NCBI GenBank assembly: GCA_002168115.1
Contig: NHCC01000019.1
Coordinates: 1 to 58,287, forward strand
Source: Rhodospirillaceae bacterium TMED23
Lineage (GTDB): Bacteria; Pseudomonadota; Alphaproteobacteria; Rhodospirillales; UBA2165
Reading direction: 5' to 3'
Length of the DNA: 58,287 bases
Part shown: in pieces, positions 8,227-17,082 of the stretch
How the letters are laid out: the number at the start of each line of letters is the position of its first letter
How positions within the stretch are numbered: position 1 is the first letter of the stretch
Position numbers and translations under genes: made by a program
The notes under the pieces: model-generated
Databases searched by the model: none
Told to the model about the DNA's origin: nothing
The model's input: only the letters and a program-made list of their open reading frames with translations

Positions 8227-8916
8227 TTGATTAAAGTTAGTGTCATTGTGCCGGCTTACAATGAAGAAGTAACCATTATTGAACTACTCCGGTCAGTTGC
8301 TACCCAAAACGTCGAAGGGTTTGAATTTGAAGTTATCGTTATTGATGATGGTTCTACTGATTCTACACCGAGATTGTTGACGGAAAATGAGGAGCTTTAC
8401 GATATTTTGCTGTCCTTGCCGCAAAACTGCGGAAAAGGTGGTGCCGTGAAAATGGGATTGAAGGAGGCATCTGGCGACTTTATATTATTCCAAGACGCCG
8501 ACCTAGAATATGATCCGGAAGATTACCAAAAATTGCTTCTACCGATCAAAGACTTGTCTGCTGATCTGGTTATTGGTAGCCGTTTCTCTGCGCCACCCTA
8601 TACCCGAGTACATTATTTTTGGCATAAAATGGGTAATCGTTTAATTACATTATTCTTTAATTTGCTATACAATACGACATTTACCGATATATACAGTTGT
8701 TACCTTGTATATCAGCGGGAGTTGTTTGACGTGAGCAGCCTGAAAACCGACGGCTGGGGTCAACATGCGGAAGTATTATCGCGAGCGATTAAAAATGCAA
8801 AAAATATATATGAGGTGCCGATCCGGTATCGTGGGCGTCCGTATGATGAGGGGAAAAAAATAAAAGGATTAGACACCATTTCAGTTATATGGGCTATCTG
8901 TCGATTCCGCTTTTAG
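8227..8916 (+). CDS. GT2 glycosyltransferase, polyprenyl-phosphate sugar synthase type (DPM1/ArnC/GtrB-like)
   Basis: VSVIVPAYNEE, VIVIDDGSTDST and FQDADLEYDPED (DxD region). TTG start with AAGGAG upstream. Confidence 0.85.
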   Translation: MIKVSVIVPAYNEEVTIIELLRSVATQNVEGFEFEVIVIDDGSTDSTPRLLTENEELYDILLSLPQNCGKGGAVKMGLKEASGDFILFQDADLEYDPEDYQKLLLPIKDLSADLVIGSRFSAPPYTRVHYFWHKMGNRLITLFFNLLYNTTFTDIYSCYLVYQRELFDVSSLKTDGWGQHAEVLSRAIKNAKNIYEVPIRYRGRPYDEGKKIKGLDTISVIWAICRFRF

Positions 8917-8945
8917 TTTTGTTTTTTCGATTGCTGCACCATTAA

Positions 8946-10922
8946 TCAGTCTTTGGGTGCAAATTTTTTTTGGCAAATAAAGTGTCTTTTCCCCTCATTG
9001 GTATTAGCAACTATTACATTCTCTTGAATAAAAGACAGGCAATTTGTGCTAACACCTAATTCGGCTAACATTGACACGAGCGTAGTATCAACTCGAATGG
9101 GCCAAATCACGTCAGCCGATCTTAATTTACTTTTAAATTCTGCTATTTTTGCGAGATTACGATAATCGATTTGGGGGTCATTTGGCCAGCTTGATATAAT
9201 ATTGACGCGAAATCTAGAATATACTTTTCCTTCAGCATTTACAGAACGTGCAAAATATTTTGCATATGCACGTGAAGCGTGACCAAGAGGCTGAGACAAA
9301 ATAACTAAATTTGGAATAGTGGGAATTTTTGTCCCCTGAATTGATTTAATGAATTCATTGGCCTGTTTCATTTCAAGAATTCTTGTATCCATATTCTGGT
9401 AAATACGTGTCGTCGTATCCGCAACCGAGTGGTGGACTTGTCTAATTTGCCAACTGCCAAGGGCTAAAATAATAAACCCTCCAACAACTAACGTTGCTGT
9501 ATTTTTTAGATATTGCATTGCATGTATTAAATTTTGGTTCTTCAAAATTGAAATGGAATATTCTAGTAAAAGCAAAAGCCCTAAGGTGTGAAATAATTGA
9601 ACGGGGATACGAAGAAAACGCTGGATGGAATTTAAATGTTGGAAGTAGTAATCGCCGAAAATTGTCAAATGACTCCAGAATAAAGCAAGCACATATAGGA
9701 CAAACCAACCGACCCAGACAATCAATGCACCTTCCCGTCGTTTGATTAAAATTAGGACAGCACCAACGGCGGCAACTATACTGATAAAAATTTTATATCC
9801 GGAAAGATATTCCCAAATGGCCGAAAAATATCTGTCCGAAAAATTAAAAATTTCTTGATTGCTATAATTAAAGTTGCCGTTCACCAAAAGCTGCAATGTC
9901 ATAAAGGGCGAACTCAAGCCGGAGGTTGACGGGTTGAGGATGGACCAACTTATAACCATCAGTAAAATAGGCGCAAGCGTTAGAAAACAGAACTGAAGAC
10001 GGTATCGCCATATCGACTCTGCGAAAAAAGGGTAACTAATTTGGGGTACAACAGCAAATAAAAATATCACCGGAATGAATAATGCCGCAGCGATTTTTAA
10101 AAGATAACTTCCCGCCAATACCAAGCCTAAATATATATATGCGTGTCGCCTGGATGAATTTTCGGAATCAGTGATTTTGCCAGATAAATAGATAAACAAC
10201 AAAACCGCCACCATCGAATATATTTGTGGTTGCTCGACGAGAAGCGTGTAACTCCATAATTTTCCCATTCCTTCGACGCCAAGAAATAACAATAAAAAGA
10301 TCCAAGCTAGAAAAACAGCTAGAGCATTTTTAATTTGTCCCTGCGTTCTCATAAGAAATACGGCAATATCAAAAATCAATGCCACAACGGCGATGTGAAG
10401 AACAAACGGTGCCGCGGCGGATAAGCCTTCTTCAATTTCCCCGCCAATCTGCCAAGGAAGCAAGAGAAGAAGTCTCCATCCTGGGGTATATCCAGGTAAG
10501 TGAACGGTCTTTCGTATTGCTTCGTAACCACCGTGGAGATGAATTTCTCGAGAGATCCCCAACCAATTGGTAAACTCATCGATCGTAAAGGGAATATAAT
10601 CGATCCCTCCGTTAAAAAGGACGCTGATGACACCCATTCCAGACAACAGAATTGCGGGATGAATTAATATAGCGGGAAAATGACGCAGTTTTTCTCTGTA
10701 TAGTGCGAGGCCAAAACCGACGGTTCCAAACATCACTGCTGATAAAACGGTTAATCCGAGAGGGAGGCGTCCCAAAACGTGAATGACGTATACATATATC
10801 GTCAACATCGCATAACCGGCGGTGAATCTGGCACCTATATTCAGAAAATTTTGGACGCGTATGGCCGGTAGCAGCAACCCAAATCCAATAGCGACATAAG
10901 AATAGAAAAATATTCCGAGCAA
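8946..10922 (-). CDS. Large polytopic membrane protein, putative GT-C fold glycosyltransferase with C-terminal soluble domain
   Basis: 658 aa with at least 12 hydrophobic segments. An acidic motif lies in the first loop (IPFTIDEFTNW), as in the ArnT/PMT DE motif. A ~170-aa non-hydrophobic C-terminal domain follows. It is convergent with the GT2 gene. Function is inferred. Confidence 0.6.
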   Translation of the reverse strand: MLGIFFYSYVAIGFGLLLPAIRVQNFLNIGARFTAGYAMLTIYVYVIHVLGRLPLGLTVLSAVMFGTVGFGLALYREKLRHFPAILIHPAILLSGMGVISVLFNGGIDYIPFTIDEFTNWLGISREIHLHGGYEAIRKTVHLPGYTPGWRLLLLLPWQIGGEIEEGLSAAAPFVLHIAVVALIFDIAVFLMRTQGQIKNALAVFLAWIFLLLFLGVEGMGKLWSYTLLVEQPQIYSMVAVLLFIYLSGKITDSENSSRRHAYIYLGLVLAGSYLLKIAAALFIPVIFLFAVVPQISYPFFAESIWRYRLQFCFLTLAPILLMVISWSILNPSTSGLSSPFMTLQLLVNGNFNYSNQEIFNFSDRYFSAIWEYLSGYKIFISIVAAVGAVLILIKRREGALIVWVGWFVLYVLALFWSHLTIFGDYYFQHLNSIQRFLRIPVQLFHTLGLLLLLEYSISILKNQNLIHAMQYLKNTATLVVGGFIILALGSWQIRQVHHSVADTTTRIYQNMDTRILEMKQANEFIKSIQGTKIPTIPNLVILSQPLGHASRAYAKYFARSVNAEGKVYSRFRVNIISSWPNDPQIDYRNLAKIAEFKSKLRSADVIWPIRVDTTLVSMLAELGVSTNCLSFIQENVIVANTNEGKRHFICQKKFAPKD

Positions 10923-10982
10923 TTAAATTATTTAGCTCCCTTTTTATAAACAATTGTCATTATAGAAGAAGCTGGCTCATAG

Positions 10983-11210
10983 ACAACGGATTTTATTGAA
11001 ACTAACGTCCTACGGTTATGGGACGAAGCCGCATCTGACCGCCCAAAAATTGCTACCTTTAAAGATGAGATCATCGAAATCGCGATGGTGCCGATCACGT
11101 ATTATAATGATGGGCGTATTTTTGAAGTCCATGAAGCATACAATGAACTTCAGGAACCTAGCGAAGCAATTCCAGCGGTAATACAGCCTGTTGTAATCTT
11201 CGGCATTTGA
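10983..11210 (+). pseudogene. DnaQ-like 3'-5' exonuclease gene remnant (N-terminal ~75 codons, no start codon)
   Basis: Frame 3 reads ..FIETNVLRL...FKDEIIEIAMVPITYYNDGRIFEVHEAYNELQEPSEAIPAVI. It resembles the ExoI/ExoII region (D.ETTGL....D.IIEIA.V....G.I....F..L..P...IP..I..LTGI) but loses similarity after IPAVI and stops. Confidence 0.5.
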
Positions 11211-11320
11211 AAGAGTTATCTCTAGATATCAACCAAAAACTAGGAGATCACAGACAAATGAATAAGTAGTTATTTGGGTTTTGACTTGCGAGCTTTGCTC
11301 GCGTCATAGCCCCTCAAAAG

Positions 11321-11398
11321 TAAGAGAGGTTTGTCGCTAGTGATATAACATGTGCTAACGATAAACCTCTCTTAAATACTAAGTCACCACCCACTTAG
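11321..11398 (+). other. Two adjacent stable hairpins in non-coding DNA
   Basis: Hairpin 1 has a perfect 12-bp stem, taagagaggttt (11321-11332) / aaacctctctta (11363-11374), extended by 8 more pairs with one mismatch. Hairpin 2 is ctaagt-caccaccc-acttag (11379-11398). Confidence 0.6.
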
Positions 11399-11576
11399 CA
11401 GGGTTCAAATACTGATAATACATAACTCTTTCCAAACTATATATAATTCCTGTTTCTAGAATTAAAAAATTACTTCTTTTTCGTCTTCTGTACGACAAAC
11501 AACTTAAAGGTACAAGGTTATTAACATCAGAGTTCTGGGGATAAATGGGGAAAATCTAGGATTATTTATCAGAACA

Positions 11577-11626
11577 CGTTATTGGTAATGATGAGGCCGA
11601 TAGTTCGATTCTATCTAGCGGCACCA
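11577..11626 (+). other. tRNA-Thr(GGU) 3' half (anticodon arm to CCA) without a 5' half: att-like remnant
   Basis: The segment reads cgtta-ttGGTaa-tgatg-aggcc-gatag-ttcgatt-ctatc-tagcggc-a-cca. That covers the anticodon stem-loop, variable loop, a T arm with the TTCGATT loop, the 3' acceptor strand, the discriminator and CCA. No gccgcta 5' acceptor or D arm lies within 80 nt upstream. Confidence 0.65.
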
Positions 11627-11628
11627 TA

Positions 11629-12693
11629 TCAATAAATCTTATTAGCCCAACCCAAAAATCGTTTAAGGCCTTCATCTAACTGAACCAACGCCTGAAATTC
11701 TAATTGAACAGTGGCCTTCTTAATATCTGGAGCACGTCGGTTTGGCTCATCGCTTGGATAAGAATCAGGATATTCGACAATGTCATACTTAATAGATTTA
11801 CCCAATACGACTTCAATTTTCCGAACTAGATCAATGATAGAAATTTCCGGATTTGGATTGCCAATATTATAGGCTTCCCCCGGGACTCCATTGAGAATGA
11901 CCAAAAAGAAACCAACTATGGCATCATTAATATAACAAAAAGTCCGAGTCTGATTACCATTTCCGTATATTTGAAGGGGGAGATCTTCTTTAATTCGGTT
12001 AGCAAAATTAGGAAGAACCCTGTAATCAGTCTTCTGCATGCCTGGGCCGAAAACGTTGAACGGACGAATCGTATTAGTCTTTGTACCCTGATAATTATGA
12101 TAAATGTAGCATAGAGTTTCGCCAACCCGTTTAGACTCGTCGTAACAAGCGCGCGGCCCTTGACAAGATACATTACCACGATAACTTTCTGCCATGGGAA
12201 CGTGTTTTATATCTGGGTCACCATATATTTCGGAAGATGAAAAAAATGTAAAGTGAGCACCGTGATCATTGGCCAAGTTAAGCATATGACGTGTGCCAGA
12301 AATTGCAACATCAAGGGTCTCCAACGGGTAAGCTCTGTAATAGTAAGGGGATGCTATCCCCGCTGCATGTATCACATAATCAAGTGGCTTATCCCATTCA
12401 AACGGTTCAACAACATTATGCTCAATGAAGGTGACATTATCGAAATCAGGAATCGTTACACCTTCTTTTCCAGCTGTTATTAGGTTATCGAGTATCACTA
12501 ATTTTACAGGATTTTCCAGCACGGTTTCATTTAGACGCACGAAAACCTCTGTAAAATAGCGCCCAAGAAAACCACGTCCACCAGTTAATAAGATGGTTTT
12601 ACCTGAAAATTTATGCGCTAACGTAGCCAATCTATCAGTAATTTCTTGAATATCTGATTTCAATAAAAATTTAATCATACGATATAAGTCCAT
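11629..12693 (-). CDS. Extended-SDR NAD-dependent epimerase/dehydratase, UDP-glucuronate decarboxylase-like
   Basis: ILLTGGRGFLGRYF (GxxGxxG), YDESKRVGE (YxxxK) and RTFCYINDAIVGF. The stop codon lies 2 nt after the tRNA-fragment CCA. Confidence 0.85.
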   Translation of the reverse strand: MDLYRMIKFLLKSDIQEITDRLATLAHKFSGKTILLTGGRGFLGRYFTEVFVRLNETVLENPVKLVILDNLITAGKEGVTIPDFDNVTFIEHNVVEPFEWDKPLDYVIHAAGIASPYYYRAYPLETLDVAISGTRHMLNLANDHGAHFTFFSSSEIYGDPDIKHVPMAESYRGNVSCQGPRACYDESKRVGETLCYIYHNYQGTKTNTIRPFNVFGPGMQKTDYRVLPNFANRIKEDLPLQIYGNGNQTRTFCYINDAIVGFFLVILNGVPGEAYNIGNPNPEISIIDLVRKIEVVLGKSIKYDIVEYPDSYPSDEPNRRAPDIKKATVQLEFQALVQLDEGLKRFLGWANKIY

Positions 12694-13578
12694 TAAATAA
12701 TTTTTAAGTGCGGGAGGGGAACAACAAATTGGCCGCCGTTTAAGGTAAACTGTTTATGTTTTTTGATCCATCAGCCATACACATTACATTAATGTCATCG
12801 TTAAGAATGTAACGCCTGGCAACAAATCACCAATAATTTTTTCTGCAGTTACATGTTGCTCAAACTGTGAATGGAGCATTACTTGTTCCTGAATGCACTA
12901 ATACCATTAGCTCTTTTACTTACACATTATTGGTGGACTAACAAGATTATAGTTTCGGAGAGCACGCTTCATATAAAAAAAAATTATAGGTATATTATTC
13001 TTCTTCGGATTGAAATTTATTACTAATTAAGAATGAATTGGCAACTTTAATCCCAGGAAATATCTATGGTTGCATGGGAAAAGACCAGGAGAGGCCGATA
13101 GAGAGCCTTCTAAACCTTCAATAGCAATAACAACAACACTGGCCAGCGGCTAGTCTGGCATAAGCGGACTGTGGTTCCCCATCCACATGAACGGTGCGGG
13201 CTCCACACAAGCCGGCCACGTAACCAAACTTGGTACCTTTTTTAGCCCGATTTTTTCTCTAAGGGTCCATAACAAAGTTGCATCATCTATCACTGCAACC
13301 TTCTCAACTTTACCAGTTTTTTTTGACGTTTATACTATTCATTAAAACTAACTAGTTAAGTTATCTTTTTTTTAATTAATTATAAAATAACGGCACCAAT
13401 ATTTTTATACCTTTACAAGAGTTTAAAAATTATAACGTGCAGTTTTAGCTAAATTCAACTTTGGGTTTTCGAAACTGAGCACTCTCTTATATTAAAAAGT
13501 AAAAAAATTTAATCATACTGAAACTAATTTCACTTAGTTTCTTCGATAAGATTATGGGCAATAGATAGATTAAAATAG

Positions 13579-14469
13579 ATGTTTTCACTCATACAAATTT
13601 TGGGGTCATCTGCTCCCAACTTAGATATTCTTGATATTGGGGCAATGATTGAGGGGGCTCCTAGATATGCGTCGATTTACGATCCCGACGATAACAATCT
13701 AACTCTCGTCGAACCCAATAAAAAAGAAGCAAATAACCTCAAAAAAATTTTTAGCAAGAATATTCGAATACTTGAGGAGTACCTGGGAGATGGAAATTCA
13801 TGGCAATATTATACTACGCAATACCCTGGTTGTAGCTCACTTTATGAGCCTGACCCAGAGATGATTAATCAATTTCAATCAATTGGTACTGAACCCAACT
13901 CAAACTTTTCGGTAATTGATAAATCAACTGTTCAAACAGTCCGATTAGATAACCTTTTACCTTCAGTTGCGGCTGATTTAATTAAAATTGACGTACAGGG
14001 TGCTGAATTAGTAATTTTAGATAATGCGAAGAAAATATTGCGCGACACATGTGTGATAGAAACTGAGGTTGAATTCGTCCAATTATATAAAAAACAACCA
14101 CTTTTTGGGGACCTACAGGTTTTTCTTAAAGTTATGGGTTTTTCTTTTCACAAATTTATTGATGTTGGAAGTCGTTGTTTTCGACCCATGAGTTTTCATG
14201 ATAATCAATTCTCTGGTATGAGCCAAATGCTCTGGGCCGATGCTATTTTTGTTAGAGATTTTTCACGCTTTGATAATTATACCAATGATCAACTTTTAAA
14301 AACGGCATTTATCATGCACGATGTATATAGTTCTTTTGACTTTACCTATCGATTGCTTAACGAGTTTGATAGCCGCAATGATACCAGGTATACTCACAGC
14401 TACATGAAGAAACTTTTGCTTAATCAACCGCTACCTAGATTTATGTTGAATTTTAAAGAAACAATATAA
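13579..14469 (+). CDS. FkbM-family methyltransferase
   Basis: LIKIDVQGAELVILDNAKKIL...IETEVEF...LFGDLQVFLKVMGFSFHKF is the typical FkbM domain. Confidence 0.75.
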   Translation: MFSLIQILGSSAPNLDILDIGAMIEGAPRYASIYDPDDNNLTLVEPNKKEANNLKKIFSKNIRILEEYLGDGNSWQYYTTQYPGCSSLYEPDPEMINQFQSIGTEPNSNFSVIDKSTVQTVRLDNLLPSVAADLIKIDVQGAELVILDNAKKILRDTCVIETEVEFVQLYKKQPLFGDLQVFLKVMGFSFHKFIDVGSRCFRPMSFHDNQFSGMSQMLWADAIFVRDFSRFDNYTNDQLLKTAFIMHDVYSSFDFTYRLLNEFDSRNDTRYTHSYMKKLLLNQPLPRFMLNFKETI

Positions 14470-14579
14470 AGAAAAAATTGAAATTTTTCCCTCTTTGAGC
14501 GAACTACATTTGATCACCTTGGGACAAAACTACCAGAAAATAATATTATGATTATTATTACAAGAAACAGGTCCAATAA

Positions 14580-15680
14580 ATGAATAACATAAAAAAAATA
14601 ACGCATATTCGATCTAATTTTCAAAACGTACCCTTCTGGAACCCAACGAAAATATTTGATCATGAGATTGGTAAAAAAATACATAGAATGGACTTGAACG
14701 AATGCCCATACCCACCCTCTGAGAGGGTTGTAAAAGCTATTCAAGAGGCAGCGCGAGACCTTAACCGATATCCAGACGGTACTTGTCCTAAACTCACCCC
14801 AATGATTGCGAAAAATCTCAATATTCCAGAAGATACAATAACCTGGGGAGGTGGAAGTACTCAATTATTAACAGGTATTGCTGAAATCTCAGTTGCTCCA
14901 AACCAAAATATTGTTGCGCCAAAATTAGTTTGGAAGCGTTTCCAAGGTGTATATAAAATTGTTGATGCAAATGTGACTCACGTTGAGAATAATTCTGATG
15001 GATCAATCAACGTTAGATCCATGCTTGGTTCAATTAATTCTGATACAAAGCTAGTAATATGCGTTACCCCAAATAATCCAACTGGGTTAATGTTATCTAA
15101 GTCAGAAATGGTTGAGTTATGTGAAAAAACACCCGACGATGTTTTGCTTTTCATTGACGAGGCTTACTATGAATTTGCAATCCATGCAGGTGGACCAAAT
15201 GTACTAGAAATATTAAAAAACAGACGAGGACCGTGGGTCGTGACCAGAACCTTCTCAAAGGCTTATGCTCTTGCCGGAATTCGCCTTGGATACGCCATTT
15301 GTAGCTCGAACGAACTTGTAAATGCTATTAGAATGGTCTCTAGTACTTTCAATCTAAACGGAATGGCCGAAGCTGCAGCGATTGCAGCTTGGGAAGAGCC
15401 CGAATATTCTCAATTTATACTAGACAGAAATGCGGAAGAACGGCAAAGAGTAATAAAGGGTCTTAAAGCGCTTGGATTTGAACCAATGGACTCTGTTACA
15501 AATTTTGTGTCATGTAATATAGAACGTCCAGCTCAGGAAGTCGTAACAAAGATGCGTGAACGTGGTATTAGAATTTCAACAGTTGGCGGTGGTGAGTTCG
15601 AGAATTTTATACGCTTGTCTATGGGCCTACCTGAGGATACTGATGCGTTCCTCACCGCGATAAAAGAAATATTAGAGTAA
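14580..15680 (+). CDS. Class I/II PLP aminotransferase, histidinol-phosphate aminotransferase (HisC) family
   Basis: NECPYPPS, LNRYPD, TPNNPTG and RTFSKAYALAGIRLGYA (PLP lysine). Confidence 0.85.
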   Translation: MNNIKKITHIRSNFQNVPFWNPTKIFDHEIGKKIHRMDLNECPYPPSERVVKAIQEAARDLNRYPDGTCPKLTPMIAKNLNIPEDTITWGGGSTQLLTGIAEISVAPNQNIVAPKLVWKRFQGVYKIVDANVTHVENNSDGSINVRSMLGSINSDTKLVICVTPNNPTGLMLSKSEMVELCEKTPDDVLLFIDEAYYEFAIHAGGPNVLEILKNRRGPWVVTRTFSKAYALAGIRLGYAICSSNELVNAIRMVSSTFNLNGMAEAAAIAAWEEPEYSQFILDRNAEERQRVIKGLKALGFEPMDSVTNFVSCNIERPAQEVVTKMRERGIRISTVGGGEFENFIRLSMGLPEDTDAFLTAIKEILE

Positions 15681-15719
15681 ATATTACATCATATGATACC
15701 GACGAAAATTATTTAGTAA

Positions 15720-16199
15720 TCATGTAGCTTCCCGATTTCCAAGTTTTTTTTCGAGAGCATCTAATTTATTATAGAGATCTTCTAACTCAGATTCTCCGAA
15801 TGCTGCGGTCATTTCTTGATAAATTTTTTCTGAATTAGGACCAATTCTAACCACCAACTTTTCACCTCTCGGCATAATAGATACAATGGTTCTGCGGTTA
15901 TCAGAAACATCTGCGTTTTTTGCGACAAGGTCTCGTTTCTCCATGGACCTTATTATGCGAGTAATACTAGGCTTTAAAATGCAACATAGATCAGATAGCT
16001 CTCCCAAATCCTTTGCTCCATGGTCGAATAAAGCTCGTAGAACTCTCCACTGCTGATCCGTTAAATCGTATTTCCGTAAATTTGGACGAAACTTCTCCAT
16101 CATAATTTCTCGAGTTCTAAGCAGAATCATGGGCAACGATCTTGAAAAATCGCGTAGTTCACGATTAATATTAGTCTCAAATTTATTTTCAGGATTCAA
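15720..16199 (-). CDS. hpaR: MarR-family regulator, homoprotocatechuate operon repressor HpaR-like
   Basis: LLRTREIMMEKFRPNLRKYDLTDQQWRVLRAL...CILKPSITRIIRSMEKRDLV is colinear with E. coli HpaR (LLQAREAAMSYFRPIVKRHNLTEQQWRIVRIL...CILRPSLTGILTRMERDGLV) from memory. Confidence 0.85.
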   Translation of the reverse strand: MNPENKFETNINRELRDFSRSLPMILLRTREIMMEKFRPNLRKYDLTDQQWRVLRALFDHGAKDLGELSDLCCILKPSITRIIRSMEKRDLVAKNADVSDNRRTIVSIMPRGEKLVVRIGPNSEKIYQEMTAAFGESELEDLYNKLDALEKKLGNREAT

Positions 16200-17065
16200 A
16201 CCATTACACTTTCATCTTCAACACTATTTTTGAGAGTACCAATAGATGGAACGTGAATCTCGATAATATCGCCCGGTTTTAACCAAATAGGTGGATCAAA
16301 TCTAGCCCCCGCTCCGACCGGCGTTCCCGTAGCTATTATATCGCCTGGTTTTAAATCAAAAAAAGTTGATAGGTAACTCAACAAGTATGGGAATTTAAAA
16401 ATCATATTACTTATATTATCATTTTGCCTTATTTCCCCATTTACTCTAGTCTCGATTGATATATTATCATAGTTGTTAAATTCATCAGCAGTCATGATCC
16501 AAGGGCCAATTGACGCACTTTTTGCAAAATTCTTTCCCTGAGTTACATTAAACTTTGCATGACGAACCCAATCTCGAATTGTACCCTCATTCATTATTGT
16601 TAGGCCAAAAATATGCTCAGCAAAATTTTCTGGTTTTATTCGGCGACCACCCTTTCCAATGACAATGACGATCTCACCTTCATAATCTAATTGCTTAGAC
16701 TCAGGTGGTCTCAAAATATTTTGATTATGTCCCACAAATGAGCCTGGTGTTCTTAAAAAAAGGCTCGGATATTTTGGAGCTTCTGAACCATCTTTGTATT
16801 CTGCATTGCGGTTTCCATAGTTTACGCCAACACATATCATTTTATCTGGCATTTTTATTGGTATATTAAATTCTATATCTTCTAAATTGAGGTCTGGGGT
16901 AAGCGTTTCAGACATCTCACGAATTCTATCGTATTGGTTTTCGCGAATTACATCGATAATATCGGGTAGCTCGGACTTCAAGCGTGAGCCTAAATCTATT
17001 ATCTGGTCTCCAATTATACAGCCATAGCTCGTAAATTTTTTTGTTTTAAAATTAACTAATTTCAT
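16196..17065 (-). CDS. Fumarylacetoacetate hydrolase family protein (HpaG/HpcE-type isomerase/decarboxylase or hydratase)
   Basis: FAH-domain blocks are DYEGEIVIVIGK, QGKNFAKSASIGPW and PGDIIATGTPVGAG. It overlaps the hpaR start by 4 nt. Confidence 0.85.
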   Translation of the reverse strand: MKLVNFKTKKFTSYGCIIGDQIIDLGSRLKSELPDIIDVIRENQYDRIREMSETLTPDLNLEDIEFNIPIKMPDKMICVGVNYGNRNAEYKDGSEAPKYPSLFLRTPGSFVGHNQNILRPPESKQLDYEGEIVIVIGKGGRRIKPENFAEHIFGLTIMNEGTIRDWVRHAKFNVTQGKNFAKSASIGPWIMTADEFNNYDNISIETRVNGEIRQNDNISNMIFKFPYLLSYLSTFFDLKPGDIIATGTPVGAGARFDPPIWLKPGDIIEIHVPSIGTLKNSVEDESVMV

Positions 17066-17082
17066 TTTTCTACTCGCACTTT

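Noticed and set aside
10996-11181. 61-aa TTG-initiated ORF in the track
   Set aside because: It is in the wrong frame. The neighbouring frame carries the DnaQ-like exonuclease similarity (DEIIEIAMV...), so this ORF is a by-product of the pseudogene.
11321-11626. Possibility that the hairpins plus the tRNA-like 3' end form a one-piece tmRNA or an interrupted full tRNA (gtcgcta at 11334-11340 could pair with tagcggc at 11616-11622)
   Set aside because: The acceptor stem would lack the G3:U70 alanine identity pair. There is no GGGG 5' end or recognisable tag ORF. The sequence after gtcgcta has no D-arm features. The pairing is probably fortuitous.
1-11626. Using the apparent GC difference alone as proof of horizontal transfer of the left 11.6 kb
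   Set aside because: I only counted a few 60-nt lines by eye. GC also rises locally in right-hand genes such as the NicX-like and Mo-enzyme genes (about 45-48%). The GT-C-like gene on the left is itself AT-rich. Composition is supportive at best, so it appears only as a secondary argument in the island finding.
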